From the NCBI RefSeq assembly GCF_009914755.1, contig NC_060934.1: a DNA stretch of 64,000 bases; one strand, written 5' to 3'. Position numbers and translations under genes: made by a program. The stretch comes from the human T2T-CHM13v2.0 reference genome, Homo sapiens. A model generated the notes under the pieces. The model was not told the origin of the DNA, made no database searches, and saw only the letters and a list, made by a program, of their open reading frames with translations. Numbering within the stretch: position 1 is the first letter of the stretch; every line of letters begins with the position of its first letter. Below are positions 28,681-46,200 of this stretch, one piece after another.

Positions 28681-29876
28681 TATATTATTTGTGTTACTTA
28701 TTATACAGACATTTAGAAATGTATGAAATGACTGCATCTCACAAGGATATTATGAAATAATTTGGGTAGAAAAGACATGGCGATCTAAAGTAAGCCTTGA
28801 AAGATAAGGTACTAAATCAGGTGGATCTTATGAGGGATGCAAAGGGTCTTAGAGGAGCATGAGCTCAGAACAGGCTGTGTCTGTGAGCCATGCTGGGATC
28901 AGGAGCAGCTGAGAGGAATGGGAAGCTCAGGCAAAGCTGGAGTTGATTTAAAATGATAGACATATGTGGTATATAACATGATCTACATGATAGAATATGA
29001 TAGAAATATATGGGTACTATTGATGTCAGGGACCTGGAAAAACAACTGCCTCTGCTGGGAAATGTGGAATTGCTTGCTTATTTCTTCTTTCTCAGTGTTT
29101 CTGAAAAACCCAGCCAAATTTATTTCATGAAATAATCATCAAAACAGGGGCATGTCTGCAACTGCCCAAAGTGAAATCAGGGCCATTTTCTATATTACTT
29201 GTGATAAATGGGAAACTTTTCATTTAAATACGAAAAGGATGTATGTGAATTACTGATGTCTCCCCCAACCCTCCCATGTCTCATCTCTTCTTTAAAAATG
29301 TCTGGGAGAGGTTATCATTAAGGGAAGAGTTAAGTGGATGATATCACTCAAAATCTTGTAGATAATGAAAGATTAACTTATACAGCCTTTTAGTTTGGTT
29401 CCTTGACATGCTCCCACTGAAGACAAATTCTAAAATAATAAAAGTTGAGATGGAATCCAGTATCTTCTGCTAATTCTTACCACTTGTCATAATTTTTGTC
29501 ACAAAGTTACTATTATGATTAAAAAATAAGTCGAAGTGGCATAACAAATTGAAGATCCAGATTTCAGTGTGTGATTTACATTTAAAACACATACATTTTA
29601 AGATTTTTATGTTTTCTCATTCTATTTTCTTATACTTTGGCATTATTTCTAGTATATATAGAAACGGAAAAATGATTAGTGAATACGTTCACAGAGAAAG
29701 CACAGGAAATACACGGAAGCAAAGATTACTACCATCCTTGTTCACGCTATAAACATATATCTTTTGAAAACTCTTTTAGCCTCTGAGGGAAGAGGTTGCA
29801 TCTGCTAACTCTCCAGCACATAAAAGGTAATCAATAAATGTTTGATAAATTCTATTTAACAGTCATATAGGTTTTG

Positions 29877-30213
<337 letters not shown>

Positions 30214-30329
30214 TTAGAGAACTGAATTTCTGTTCCCTTTAATTTTCTTAAGAGTATAAAAACATATTTTCTGTAAGTTTTTATTATCTTCCACTGAAAG
30301 TTTTCTCTAATGGTTTATTTTTATAATGG

Positions 30330-30690
30330 CATTATTAAGATTGACATATCATAATTTTCATCATTTTAAAGTGTACAATTCAGTGATTTTTTTATTCCAT
30401 TCATAAGGATGTGCAATCAGCAGCAGTATCTAATCCTAGCACATTTTCATCATTTTCAAAAAGGAATCCCATACCATTAGGTGGTCACTTCCCATTTCTC
30501 TGTTTCCCAAGCCCTTGTTAACTACTAACCTACTTGTTGTCTCTATGGATTTGCCTATTCTAGATCTTTCACACAAATGAGATTATATAATATGTAATCT
30601 TTTGTGACTGGCTTCTTTCACTTAGCATGTTTTCAAGGTTCATCCATACTGTAGTACTTATCAGTACTTTATTTCTTTTCATGAGGATGC
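30330..30690 (-). mobile_element. L1MB-type 3' end fragment
   Basis: ttttaaagtgtacaattcagtg...tctctatggatttgcctattct...tggcttctttcacttagca. Confidence 0.85.
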
Positions 30691-30965
30691 CAAGTTTTTA
30701 AATTCCTTAAGAATCCCATAAAACATATGCAAACAATGATAACTTCCAATGATAAGGATTTGAGATTTCAAGGATATACTCAGGAAAATTTCTAATATTT
30801 GAATAGACTGATAAGAAAACACTCCAGCCTTCCTAGTCTGACACTATGTGCAGGACATTTCTTTTTAAAAATTTGACTTAGATGACCTATTATTAGTGAC
30901 ACAAGTATAAAATAAACTCAGAAACTTCCTTCATACCATAGTGATCATTATTAAGATAACCACTA

Positions 30966-31340
<375 letters not shown>

Positions 31341-31984
31341 TTAAATGAAATAGGTCTTTTTAGACAAAGTCCTTTTCTCTTTTCCAGTTTTGCTAACTGT
31401 TTGCTTATTCTACACCAATTTTTCTCTGTATGCTTTCTGGATAAGGAGATTAAGTCCATACTGGATTTGCTGAGACTGACACCGAAGATACTGATGCCAA
31501 TGACATTTCCTTAACCTCACTGCTCTCAGAGAGACCAACTAATCCCATTTGATCAGACACCTGATAGTGCTGGCCTTCCCAGGAAGCAGCAGCAAATGCT
31601 TGGATGTTTGCTGTTTGTTGTGAAGTCAGGCTCTGAGTGTTGGGATCTGTTCTAAACTCAAGAGCCTTATTTTCTTTTAAGGACAGTACAAGGCTGTTTA
31701 TTGTTAATCCTGTCAGAGGGCTCCCTTTGAATTAATAGAGGATGGCTCATCAACAATTCAGATAAGGCACAGCCAGGTCTTCCTTCGGTTCTCAAGTGAG
31801 TTAGGGGGAAAGCAGACCATATTTAAAGATTCCCACACCTGCTTCTCCCCACACACACCCTCAGCCAATACACACAATCTCAGGAGTTGCCAGAGGAGAA
31901 AGACTAGGATGGAAGCTGATCTTGGATCTCCTCCCTTAATTACAAATTCTCTTCCACCTTTGCATGATTAGATGTTACAGATGA

Positions 31985-32308
<324 letters not shown>

Positions 32309-32339
32309 AGAGCCCAGTGATTTTCAATATACGCTTTAA

Positions 32340-33372
<1,033 letters not shown>

Positions 33373-35174
33373 CCATATGTGCTTTTTAAATATATATTTT
33401 TTCAGGCTACATTTCAGAGTTTCCATAATTCCATAAAAAATAAGAAATTTGGGGGCACTAAAGATTGACATAGTAAATGCCTAATTCCTGTAGAAATTAG
33501 TTAGAAAAAGAGTTCTGCTACAAAAAAAAGGACACCACTGATTTTGACCAAGAAACTATTTGTTTGACATGAGAACAAACATAATTAAAATGGAAGAAAA
33601 TTACCAGTTATGGGACCTCTACTTTGTGCAGGCTCTATGAAACATGCCTCATCTCATTTCATCTCCATAACAACACATGAAATAGATGCTATTAATGTCA
33701 GTTCACAGAGGAGCAAAGTGAAGCTGGAATGGGTTACAGGTAACATGGCTAGAAAATACCAGAGCTGAGGTTTGACCCTGAGCTGTCTGATTCCCAAAGC
33801 TGTGCTCTTTCCTGTGGGTCACAGAAGAGAAAATATATCCTGATAGTGAGTCTCTTCCTAACTTGGGCAAACATTAGCTCCAGCTCTGAATCCAAGTAGC
33901 ATAGTCTCTATACAGAAAATGTTGCCGAGAAACAATTTCCAACCAAAAGGAAACAGCATATTCAGTGACAGCAAAAATAGTTAATGTCTAAAAGAGTGGC
34001 TAGTTCAACTCTTTCATTTTAAATAAGAACTCATGGTTTTTCTTTATATTTCTTTAAAGATGTCACTATCAAAGCTCAATCAAAAGTAGCCTGCTATCTG
34101 TTTTACAGTAAAGAAAGCCCCTCCCAGCTAGAAAGATCTATGAGTAGAGAGATATATATAGCAGTTGAATGGAAAGGGGCATTTAAAACTCAATTGTGGA
34201 GGAATCAATTACTTACTCTACTTTGAGGAAAGTTATTTTAACATTTGAAACAATTTAGAATATGTTGATCTAATGATATTAGATTTCCTGAAATGTTTCT
34301 AATGAATTTTATAACTTCAATTAAAAAGTCCATCCCCTTTTGTTTTAACATTCTGCCATCAAAAATTCTTAAAAAAGTAATGGGGATTTATATTACAAAT
34401 TTTCTATACTCCTGTATCACTTCTGACAAACCTGGAACTAAATTAATTTCTGTTTTGAATATTTTTTCTTACCCCCGCAGAAAGTAAATCACTCTTGCAG
34501 GCTTCTGAGATATCAGTTAACTTGAAATTCTTAGTTTCTCAGGTATCTTGCCTTCACTTGATCTTTTAACAAATTAGATGCTGGAGTTTCAAACATGTCA
34601 AGAAATGAAAACAATGTCTTTGAAGTTTCTAAAGAAAGATGGTTTGGAAATACTAAAGTCAGTCTGTGCCAACAGCTTTATCTGTGGGCAGCACACATGT
34701 CCTAAGGAGCTGGAGCTACTCTTCTAGGTGCCATGAAGACCCCAGCTACCATCAGTGGCCGATACCCCATCCTCAACGAGAATGAGGCAATGAGGCTGCC
34801 CACTGAGCACCGTGCTGACTCTCCCCACAACCCAGCATGCCCCACCAGCTCCACAGGTCACGCACTGAGGCGTACCAAAATGTGTTAGAAGGTCTGGATT
34901 CACACCTGTGTTCTGCCACTTTATTCTTAGTAGGGCCCAAGACAAATGGGGGCCTCACTGACTTATCTATAAAATTGTATATTTTTTGTGAATTTCATAT
35001 GATGGACTATACCTAAATGTGTTTTGTAAGATGTAAGACATAAAATAAATTCAAGGCTATATTAAGGGGTTATCAACACAAAAATAATTGTTACAAGTAA
35101 ATGATTTTTAAAGACTTCCATGACTCAACTTTGGGCAATTTATATAGAGAAACATTTTCATAACATAGCATTGG

Positions 35175-35656
<482 letters not shown>

Positions 35657-36419
35657 TGCTTTTATATTTTAAACTAAGGGGACCTCACTCCTTTTAGAGA
35701 CAAGCCTGCCTTATATTTCTTACCAGGAAATATATATCATATGCTTTTGTCATAAGGTCATCAAGTTTCTAAATGTCCAGAGTCCATTTCAAAGCCCGAT
35801 TATTTAGGGATTCAAAAATGTATTTAATTTATCTCACAAGCCTGGCCCAGGTAGAGACCAAATCACCAGCCAGAACACAAGAGGCTGCTGTCAATTCTGG
35901 TTTTCTTGTGATGATATTGGATTACGTCAAAGCCCAAACACACATTGCCTTTGATGTTACAATATTATGAACTACACAGTTTTTTATTGTCTTTACTGTA
36001 TCTTAGCACTAGCTCCACTAGTTTGTGTGGCTTTGTACAAGTTATGGAACTTCTTGCTTCCTAGTATAAAATGGAAATCATATCCACACCTCATGAAATT
36101 ATGAATAATAAATGAAATACTTGCTACTGTACCTGGCACCCAGTGATACATGAAAGCTATTAACTAAATTAGTTTGAATTTTGTGTTGTTTTTTCCACCT
36201 CGTATTTCAAAGTCTTAGCAGTGGGAGCTGAACAGAGCCTCAGGGTCTTCTGACCAACCGCTCTCTGGGGTGCATTGCTGGGGGATGCTAGACACTTTCT
36301 GAGGAGCATCTCAGACCAACCATGGATTTCTGGGCCCTTCCTTCCCATCCTGGGACACCTCACTGCTCCATTTCTTGGCTGTAAAGAGATGTTCAATCCA
36401 GCATGTCTGATGGGTGCAT

Positions 36420-36604
36420 CACTGGCCTTTCGGTTGGGACACTGTTATTCGTGTGAGACTGACCCATGCATTGAAGGAGCCTAAGCCATCCTGGGCCTCT
36501 CCCATTACATGCCAACCACCACTGTGACAACCAAAAATTCCTCTACAAATTTTCAAATCTTTTAAGGCAGATGATGCTCCTTTTCCCTCCACTGAAAACC
36601 AGTG
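36420..36604 (-). mobile_element. MER20-like hAT relic
   Basis: Reverse complement reads ...atttttggttgtcacag...tggcatgtaatgggagaggcccaggatg...caatgcatgg. Confidence 0.55.
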
Positions 36605-38986
36605 GCTCTGGCCAGACTCCACAGAGGTCATCAGCAAGTAGAAGTGCATCATACTAGGGGGCAACATGCTGCCCCTGTCGGTACTTTTCTTTCTGTGACT
36701 GGAGTCAGCCACAGCTTGTAACTTCAGTTTCCTGATTTCCCCTTCATATGTGTCATAATTCACCTTATACACTACTGCCATCATTCTATCCACTTAAAGA
36801 CCTGCAATAAGTAACTCCCTCTACCTGCAGGATCAAGGCCAGTGCCTACAGCCCAGGCTGGTATTCACTGAGCCCCTTCCCCACCGGGCTGGACTCTCAT
36901 AATTCATCTTCAGTCTCATTTCACACCTGCATCTGGGCTTCAGCCTCCTTTTCTTGGAGCTGATCCCCATTTCTATATTTCCATCACAGTCTAGCTTTGC
37001 AACTTTTTCCTACCAATTATCTGGTCCATGCTGATCTTCTATCTGAATTTATTTTCTTAGAACTTCTTGCTTAAGTTTGGAAGAGGGCCAATAAATGATC
37101 GTGCCTGTGTCCAAAGGGGCTGACACCTGTGCAATCCTTCAGTTCTATGAACCCTAACCTCTACACTCTAGGTACCCCTTTGCCCTTTCTGTATATTCTT
37201 CAAACCACCAGAGGAAGAAGAGCAATGTTTTTTTCACTGCTGTGGAAGAACTGCAGTGCTCAAGGAGGGGACCAGGATTCATCTGAGCAGATCCAAATGC
37301 ACTGTCTGATGACAGGGAGTGTGGACAACGTGCTGGAACATTTAGCAGAGCATCAGTCTGGGGCATGGCAGCCCCTAGCTGTTATTTTCACTGAATGGGG
37401 GAAATAAAAATTCTACAGCTAATGAATAATTCTCTTTTAAAGTGCAAATGAATAAAGTGAGTTTTGCCAACTCCTACCTTAATAGAACTTCATTTCACAC
37501 AATTTCAAAATAGGATTTTTTTCGGGTCATTTAAAAATGTTCTCAGAGCAACAATTCTAGAGCAGCACCCCAGGCGGCAGGGCACATATTCAAGGAGAAA
37601 AAGTGAAAAACCTTCCAATTTCCATGATTTCTTTTATTGGCTCTCTTATTGTCTCAGTGTCATTAATTAACAGTTTCTTATTTCTCATTTATTATTTCTT
37701 ATTTCTTATTATGAGACTTTCTCATGCTGACAAATAGCACCACAAACAACATAATTCATTCTGAGAAGCCACATTCCTGACTACTTCTGGATGTACTTTA
37801 GAGGGCTACCTTGGTGCCATCGACCTGACCTGCGTCATGCTTTACAGGGGAACGTGACTTGCAGTGACAGCGTCCCCTCCTGGATGCAAGCAGTGACAAC
37901 CATCACCATGTCTTGAGCCCTTGCCCATGTCTTGTGGGCCAGGCACTGTGTTAAGCAATTTCTGTGGATTATTTCATTCAATCATCACATTGATAGCATT
38001 AGGTTCTACCATTGGACCCATTATATGGATGATTAGGCTGAAACATAAATAACTACTCAAGAGCACCAGGATAAGCTGCAAGGCCAGTGTGGGACTCCAG
38101 CATTCTGACAGTGCGGTTTACTTTGCCACTGTCCCATATGTACTCTATTGTGAAAGGGGGAGGGAAGCTGAAGACTACCTCCATTGCTGTCAGACAAGGT
38201 GGTTGGGCAGAGGACAAGGGCTTGGGGTTGGCTGATGTCTCTCTCATTTGGCTAAAATAACTGTAGGCCAGGTGATGAAGGGACTTGCCCTGGACCACAT
38301 TAGTGATTGATGATACAGCCAAGATAAGAGTCCAGAGTCCAGCACGTATTCCTCCCCTCACTCCACTGTCACTTAGAAATGGCACCTCTGTAGGTGAGGA
38401 ACATAGATCCCACTCCACACGGGAAGATGTCAATGAATTCAAGTATATAAATGGACATCAGATAAAAATACTCCTTTAAAAAATGTATGTAAGAGATTCT
38501 CCTTTGATGTGGCATTCAGGAAAAGGCAGAAATGAGATTGCACAGCATAATTATAAGAGCAAATCTATGTAAACATGCATCTCCTCCATTCTGTCACCTT
38601 ACAAAAACTTACTGGTTTTGTTCCTCCTGAAATGTTAATATCACCATGGCAACAAGAATATGTTTAATGCAATAGACACATGGCTACTTTCCCATAACTC
38701 ATATTCCTTTGCTAAGGCTCTCAAATCCCCATTTTCATGGGGAGGTTTACATAACCCTTAAAAGAAAGAAAAGAAGTCTTTGTCTTTAATGCTGTTGAGC
38801 CTATACTAGGAGATAAACCTATTAAAAAATATGTACCAATAAAAAAGAAATGTATGTGTGTGTGGTCTCTGTTGGGATAAACATTCAAATGCCAAAAAAA
38901 GTCTGCTATAAGTGGTTTTTATTTTCTCACTTGTGATTTATTGTATTTTGTTTAAAGCATGATTTGTATAATAAGAGGAAAATATA

Positions 38987-39307
38987 CAGTCATCCTATGG
39001 TATCCATGGGGATTGGTTACAAGACTCCTGAGGATGCCAAAACCCATGGATGCTCAAGTCCCTTATATAAATCAGCATTTGCACATAACCTACACACACT
39101 CTCTGTACACTTTAAATGATCTCTAGATTTATAATGACTAATACAATATAAAAGTCATGTAAATAGTTATTATACTATATTTTAAAATTTGTATTCTTTT
39201 TCTATGTTGTATTCTTTTTTATTGTTTTTTTTTTCCCCCCAAATATCTTCCATCCATGGTTGGTTAAAACCATGGATGTGAAATCTAAGAATGTGGAGAG
39301 CCGTTAG
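38987..39307 (+). mobile_element. MER2 (TcMar-Tigger MITE)
   Basis: ta|cagtcatcctatggtatccatggggattgg...ggatgctcaagtcccttatataaa; TA flanks. Confidence 0.85.
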
Positions 39308-39877
39308 TATTTTAAACATATGTTTGCAAATGCATCACTACACAAACCAAAGTAGAGTCTCCAAAAGCCCTACACCCTTGTAAAACCATCAGGAGTTTGC
39401 CACACTCTTACTGGAGCCAGGCTCACCTCCTCTCCATGCTCCAGTAGCTGATGTCCTTTCTAGCATCTTCTGGTGGTCACTTGGGGCCTTCACAGCCCAG
39501 AGCCTGAGGCCCTGCTTAAAACACTCTTAATTTTGAACAAAGCTTGGCGATAGACTTTTAGCCTAGGCTTAGCCCAGTTAGCCTAGGCCTGTCTTCCAAG
39601 GTCATCTACAGAGCTGAATGCAAAGTCTCCTTGCTGCTCAAATAAACTTGCCCCTCTGCCTCTGACATTGGGTTTGGTGCACTGGTCTAAAATTCTATTA
39701 GTATCCTGTGAATTTTTCCATCTCCCTTAACGCAGCTGAGTTTAGTTTGGAAAGCAGCTCCTAGACCAGGAGAGATTCAAGTTGAAGTAACAGGAATTTT
39801 GATAGGCTAGGGAGAGGAAAGCAGGTTTGTATAGGTGCTGGGTGACCAGGAGTGGTGGACAGAAAGGCCAAGAAGTG

Positions 39878-40020
39878 ATTTATTCATTCATTTTTGAATT
39901 CAATAAATATATACTGAGTCCCTCCCAGCACCAGGTACTGGGCTATACTCCAGGGATTCCAAAATGTGTAAGATGACACAGGTCTGTTCTTGGGGAATTC
40001 AAAATCTGCATGTGAGATGA
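39878..40020 (-). mobile_element. L2 3' end fragment
   Basis: ttcattcat...tcaataaatatatactgagt...ccaggtactgggcta. Confidence 0.55.
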
Positions 40021-40689
40021 AAAACAGGATGTGGGAGAGAGCTATATTTTATTACATTTTTACTTTAGCCCTCATAGGATTGTTATGACAATAAGTGTAA
40101 AATGCCTAATAAAGAAGCTGGATAATAAATTATAACTTAAAAAATCATTATTACTATAAATATCACCTGCAGAAGTAAAGAAGGGAATGGACATTTACTG
40201 AGCACTTATTTCGTAGCAGGCAGAATTGTTGATGTTTTTACATTCATTGCCTTCTAGGTGAATGAAATGCAGCTGAACATTTTGGTGACTCTATTAATAT
40301 GTCAAGGAAGGTAAATAGAAAAAAGGCTATCAGGCAGCAAAAACAAATCATCCTCTGAAAGACTGAGAGAATTAAGTTCATGTTAAAGTCACTTGCACAG
40401 AGCCAGGCACATGGTAAGCACCTGGGGACCAAAGGAAAACCTAGAGACAGAGGATGACTAGGGCATCTCAACTTTCCAGGGGCTTAGATAGCAAATAGAG
40501 TGTGCAAAATGGACAATAGCAGATAAATAAAATTATATTTGAGGCCTAATGTGAGTGGAAGTACAGGCTGTGATGCTCACCTATGGGGTCAGGGACTAAC
40601 CATCTTCCTTGAGGGAAATGTTGCATTTTCAGATCATTATGACATTGAAGGGAAGGAAGGCCTAAGATGGATGGTGTCATGGCTTCATT

Positions 40690-40850
40690 CAAAATAACTT
40701 TCTATGATGATGGACATGCGATATATCTGTGCCATTTAATAAGACAGTAGCCACTAGCTATTGAGCACTTAAAATGCTCTTGAGAATAAAAAAAAATTTA
40801 TTTAAATCAAAGCTAGTTCCCCAGGTTAGTGGCTACTGAAGTAACATAGC
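40690..40850. mobile_element. MER3-like hAT relic
   Basis: actttctatgatgatgga...gtagccactagctattgagcactt...tagtggctac. Confidence 0.6.
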
Positions 40851-41469
40851 CCAGGTGTAGAGAAAACAGAGTTTCCTTCCTCACTGGGGCCCAGAGGTGG
40901 TTAAGAGGCCTGGACTCTGGCTAGGAGAGATCTGGTAAAGGGGTTCCCACTTGGGGGAAATGAGATAGACTCTGCAACACAGTGGTCTCCGGGGGCTCAG
41001 AAGGGGTCACCAGACAAACTCCAAGGAAGGGGGCACAGCCTGTGGTCTTTGGGGACACTGTTACAGAGGACCTATCCTTCAGCTTTGCCTTTCTGCTTTC
41101 AACTCCTTTCATCAATTCCTGAGTTTTTAGAAAAGTCCTATTCAGCATTATAGCCTAGATGCAGCTATGCTTTGGGGACTTACGGGAGAAATTGTATTAT
41201 ATGGTTTGGCACCTTGGTGCCTGAACAAATTGGTAGTGTAGGGACTAATAAAGTACTAAGTATTCACACATTAGTAACAAGTACTAATGGTAGAGTAGGT
41301 AACTCAAGTCTGAACCTTCAGGTCCAGCTTATAGTAGATGCTCTATAAATATTGCTAAATTGGATTGAATTTAGAAAAGAAATCCCCCAGATAATGCTCA
41401 TCCATGGATACTGTTTTGCTCATGCATGTGCTAAGCCATGTTGGCCTCAGGTTTGGACAGAACATAATT

Positions 41470-42088
41470 CTTTTAAAAAAATAATCTCAACCTTTATATT
41501 CAGGAGGTATATGTGCAGGTTTGTTACGTGGGTATATTGCATGACACTGAAGTTTGGTGTACGAAAGATCTCATCACCTAGGTTGTGAGCATAGTACCCA
41601 ATAGGTAGTTTTTCAACTCTGCCACAACAGTAGTCCCCAGTGTCTATTGTTGTCATCTTTATGTCCATGAGTACCCCACATTTAGCTCCCACTAGTAAAT
41701 GAGAATACGTAGTACTTGGTTTCCTGTTCCTGCATTAATTTGCTTGGGATAATGGCCTCCAGCTGCATCCATGTTGCTGCAAAAAACATGACTTTGTTCC
41801 TTTCTCATGGCTGTGTGGTACTCCATAGTATATATGTACCACATTTTCTTCATCCAGTCCACTGTTGATGGGCACCTAGGTTGATTCTGTGTCTTTGCTA
41901 TCATAAATAGTGCTTCAATGAACATGTGAACACGTATTTTTTGGCAAGACAATTTATTTTCTTCTGAATACATATTCAGTAATGGGATTGCTGGGTTGAA
42001 TGGTAGTTTAAGTTCTTTGAGAAATCTCCAAACTGCTTTCCAATTTGTGGCTGAACTAATTTACGTTCCTACCAACAGTATATAAGTG
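41470..42088 (-). mobile_element. L1PA15/16-like 3' end fragment
   Basis: ORF 41692..41973 resembles the ORF2 C-terminus (MFIEALFMIAKTQNQPRCPSTVDWMKKMWYIYTMEY), followed by 3'UTR. Confidence 0.9.
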
Positions 42089-45000
42089 CAGAAGAGAAGT
42101 CTAATCCTTTTATTTTTCCACCAACAGGCTTAGTAGTTCAAGTATCTAAAAACATTGCTCTCATTTTATCCAAACATTAAAATATCTTAAATAAAGTAAC
42201 CCTTTGTATGATTTAGTAGGGTTCTGAATGTGGTCCAATATCGATCAAAACCTTGTATAAAATACCCAATATTTGAAAAAGGCAGCCCAATGGACATGTT
42301 AACCAGTCACTGATCTGTGCCATACATGCCAAGTTCTTTCCTACACAACTAGATCATCATAAAGTTAAGTAGCTGGGCCACAGTCTCTCAGCTTCTCTGG
42401 GCAAGGTGCCTTCACAGATGGAGTTATAGCAGTCATAGGCAGTAGGAAGTAGAATTGAGCCTTTTGAAGTATAGTAACTAAAGATATTGCTAACTATTTA
42501 ATTCTCTGTTCTTAAGGATTCATATGATAAAAATAATGTTTGAGTTATTTCACACAAAAATTGTCTCTATAGGTAACTACAGGATTTCAGTTGTCAAAAG
42601 TGGAAACTCTATTATCCATGCTTCCCTTTCCACTATATATATCAAAGCTTTTAAGGCCTATATTTATTTTCCATTGTATTTACTGGCTCATTCCTGCTGC
42701 TTGGTAACATTTACTTTTTTGGTTCCGCCCTTCACGTCTGTATATTTTAATCTGTAAACCACCCGAAATCTTTTTGGAAACAAATGAGGTATAGAATCCA
42801 AACACATAAATCCCTAATCCTTTCAGAGATCAAAACAGAAAGTGCTAAATGGCAAGACTAACAGAAGAATGCTTTATTCAATTATCTTCTCAAAATGGGA
42901 AGTTGAATAATAATTTACAAGAGAAAGGCCAATGACAAGAGTGAAGATTAGATTAGGTGGTCCATTGTATTTGATGAAAAAATTCAGCCAGCAAAGTATT
43001 AATCTATCTTATTCAATCAATAAAGGGAACTTTGCAGGCAACCACATAATACAATTTGGCCTTTTGTTACTCTAGTGCACAAATGCTCCTTACTGGAATG
43101 ACAATCAGTACTAGCTCTAGTATGTTTTAGTTACATTCTCTTTCCCAAGAGAGCTAGAATGATTTGCAAAGAGAGCAAGGGTCATGCATAAATTCAGACA
43201 GTGTCAGTGCCATCTCAGCAGACTCAGTTCAAAGAATGAAGAATGCTGACGCTGCATTGCAGCATTCAGCAGCTACTACATTAACTCCCTGCAGCAGACC
43301 CATGAGCCTGAATAGATCTCCAAGGATAATCCAAAAGGAAATATTGACGATGTCAGACAGGATATCTTACATATACCTAGTAAAATTACAATGCAAACAT
43401 CATAATAAAAATTGAAGGAAAGGTGTTATTGAAACAGTTAAGTATGCTATAAATCAGTTACCGGAACTGCTACTCAGAAGTATACATTCACCACTGACTG
43501 GGACCTGCTTTACTGCTGCATGAATTAGTTGGCACTACAAATGAATACAGAAAGCAATTCCTTCTATTGTTTACTCCCTTCAGTCACATCGCCTTTGTTT
43601 CTACCTATTATCTGCTTTGGAAAGGAACATCTATTGCATGCAGGAAAGATTCCAGAAGTGTTGTCATTCTTCCTCTTCCCCAGCTCTCTTTGCTAGCAGG
43701 TGGTCACTCTCTGGGACATTCCCTCAGTCTACAGTGCTATAAAGAACTGCAAGACTTTATCTGTCATACTTCTTTCTTCACTGATTTAAATCTTCCACTC
43801 CCTACTGTATTTTGTCACAGGCAGAAAACAGAAATTGCAGCCCCCCAAGACAAAGGGTGCTGCTGTTTTTTAATCTACTTCTAACCACCTCATCAATACC
43901 TCTCTCCAAACCTAGCTCTGAAGCATATGATTTATGGTTACAATTTGCAGCCAATTCTTAGCAAATGAGGCTTAATAATGCTCCCTTTATTGCTCTGACT
44001 GGATACAATTTGATCCTGTCTGCATTCAGGGGCCTCTTACTTTCACCTGCTATTTCTGTTACCTTCTTGAGAGAACTATGACCTAGAAAGACTCCTTGGA
44101 AGCTGGGAAGGGAGAAGCCTCTGTAATATGAAAGTGGAGATGCTAGATTATTATACAACAAAATTGCTACAGATGTGGGACCTCAAATGGATTGCTTGAG
44201 GCAGCTGGCAGTTGCCTCAGTTTAAGCTCTTTAAAAAGAGTTCTCAGGTACCCTAAAGCCAGTCATCAATCACCCACTGCAGAGAGAAGCATAGCTCATT
44301 TGGGAATATGCAACAGCCCAAGCCTCCTATTAAATAAAATCAAATTCCACCACAGCCTTCAGCTCAGAATGCTATTAGACCTCATTAATTAGGAAAGACT
44401 GGGAAAAATGCATTTCTGAATCAGTGAAAAGTCTGAATTTTAACATATTTTAAACAAAAGCACAGTGTAAGTATTTTAAATCATATATGGTAACTCAGGA
44501 AGGTTAACAACGTGGGTCTGATGTCTCCACTGATTTTTAATCAATAAATAAGCATCTTTTGTCATTACCACAGTCATTGTTTTAATGCAAATGAACACTT
44601 TAGAATCACTTGGAAAAGTCTGAATATACTGTAATATGTCCTCTTAAATTGCTTAAACATTTCTCTAATCCTCTTGTTTTTAGCAACATCAGAAAATTTC
44701 TGAACAAAGGCACAAAGACAAACTTCAAACACCACCCTGACATAAATTTTCTGAATGTCCTAATTAGAAGATGTAACTTAATGAGGTTTTATTATGCTAT
44801 GAATTACAGAAATAAAACCAGAAGAATGCATCTTGAAATGAACTTCAGCTTCAACACTGACATACCCTGTTTATACTTGACTTAAAGAAGGGCTTAGCTT
44901 TGTCCTTCAAAGTGTCAAACTAGGCCTTGGATCTGCCACATCAAGGATGTAGTTAACACAATAAGAAAAATTGTGAATAAAACTGACTGACGCTCTCCAG

Positions 45001-45514
45001 TCATTTAAACTGATGAAGGCTTTCGGCAAGCTCATGACAACAGGATAGGAAATAGCTTTTCTATTAGTACAATCTCAGCCCTTATTAATTTTTATAGAAC
45101 TAACAAATTATAAGAGGGAAAGTAAAATAAACCCCTTTAAGTTACCTAGGGGAGAGAATAGTGGTTAAGAGCTTTGGGGCTGAAATCCTGCCTCTTCCAA
45201 CCTGCTAGCACTGTGATCCTAAAGCAGCTACTTCTTATCTCTAAACCTAGGTTTCTTCTTCTGTAAAATAAGGATAAACTGTACCTTTCCTTATATTAGT
45301 ATACGTGAGATAAAATGCATAGCCTGGCATCTTACAGTCAGGAAAGACTTCAGAAATGATATTATTTTTACTGCTGATGCAACTACCACTGTACTGCTGT
45401 TGCTAGCATTATACACTATCTCCCTATCTAATCTAGTTTCATTTCTCTTCTAAGAAGTGAGGGTTCAGCAAAAAATAAGACTTCAAATGCTACGTTCAAA
45501 ATAACAGTGCTGCT

Positions 45515-45941
45515 TGATATCGTGTAGATGTATGTCCCCACCCAAATCTCACGTTGAAACGTAGTGTCCCATGTTGGAGGTGCAGTCTGGTGGGAGGTGA
45601 TTGGATCATGGGGAAGGACTTCTCATGAATGGTTTAGCACCATCTGCTTGGTGCTGTCCTTGTGATAGTGAGGGAGTTCTCATGAGACCTGGTCATTTAA
45701 AAGTGTACAGCACCACTCTTCTTGCTCTCTTGCTCCTGCTCTGGCCATGTGATGTGCCTGTCCCTGCTTCGCCTCCTGCCATTATTCTTAAGTTTCCTGA
45801 GGCCTCCCCAGGAGCCGAGCTGGTGCCAGTATCATGCTTCCTGTACAGCCCGCAGAACCAGGAGCCAACTGAACCTCTATTCTTTATGAATTACCCAATC
45901 TCAGACACCTCTTTATAGCAATGTGAAAACAGACTAATACA
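45515..45941 (+). mobile_element. MaLR solo LTR (MSTB-like)
   Basis: tgatat...ccccacccaaatctcacgttgaa...ctttatagcaatgtgaaaacagactaataca; near-TSD ctgct/ctact. Confidence 0.9.
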
Positions 45942-45959
45942 CTACTGCCGCTGCTGTTA

Positions 45960-46200
45960 GTGATGATACTACATCAGGCACCGGCTGAGTGATTTACATA
46001 TGCTATCTCTTTTAATTTTCAGTGACGCAGTGAGGGAGAGGTGATATTTTATAATTGTTTATTTAATTTCATAATTCATATTATCTCATCTTATAAATGA
46101 GGAAACTGACAGACACAGGGAAAAAAGTGAAAGCCAAAATTTGAACCTAAGGAGTCTCAGAGTCCAGGATTTCAGCCACTACTTCATCCTGCCTCCAGCT
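45960..46200 (-). mobile_element. MIR SINE
   Basis: ttataaatgaggaaactgacagacacag...tttgaacctaag. Confidence 0.6.
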
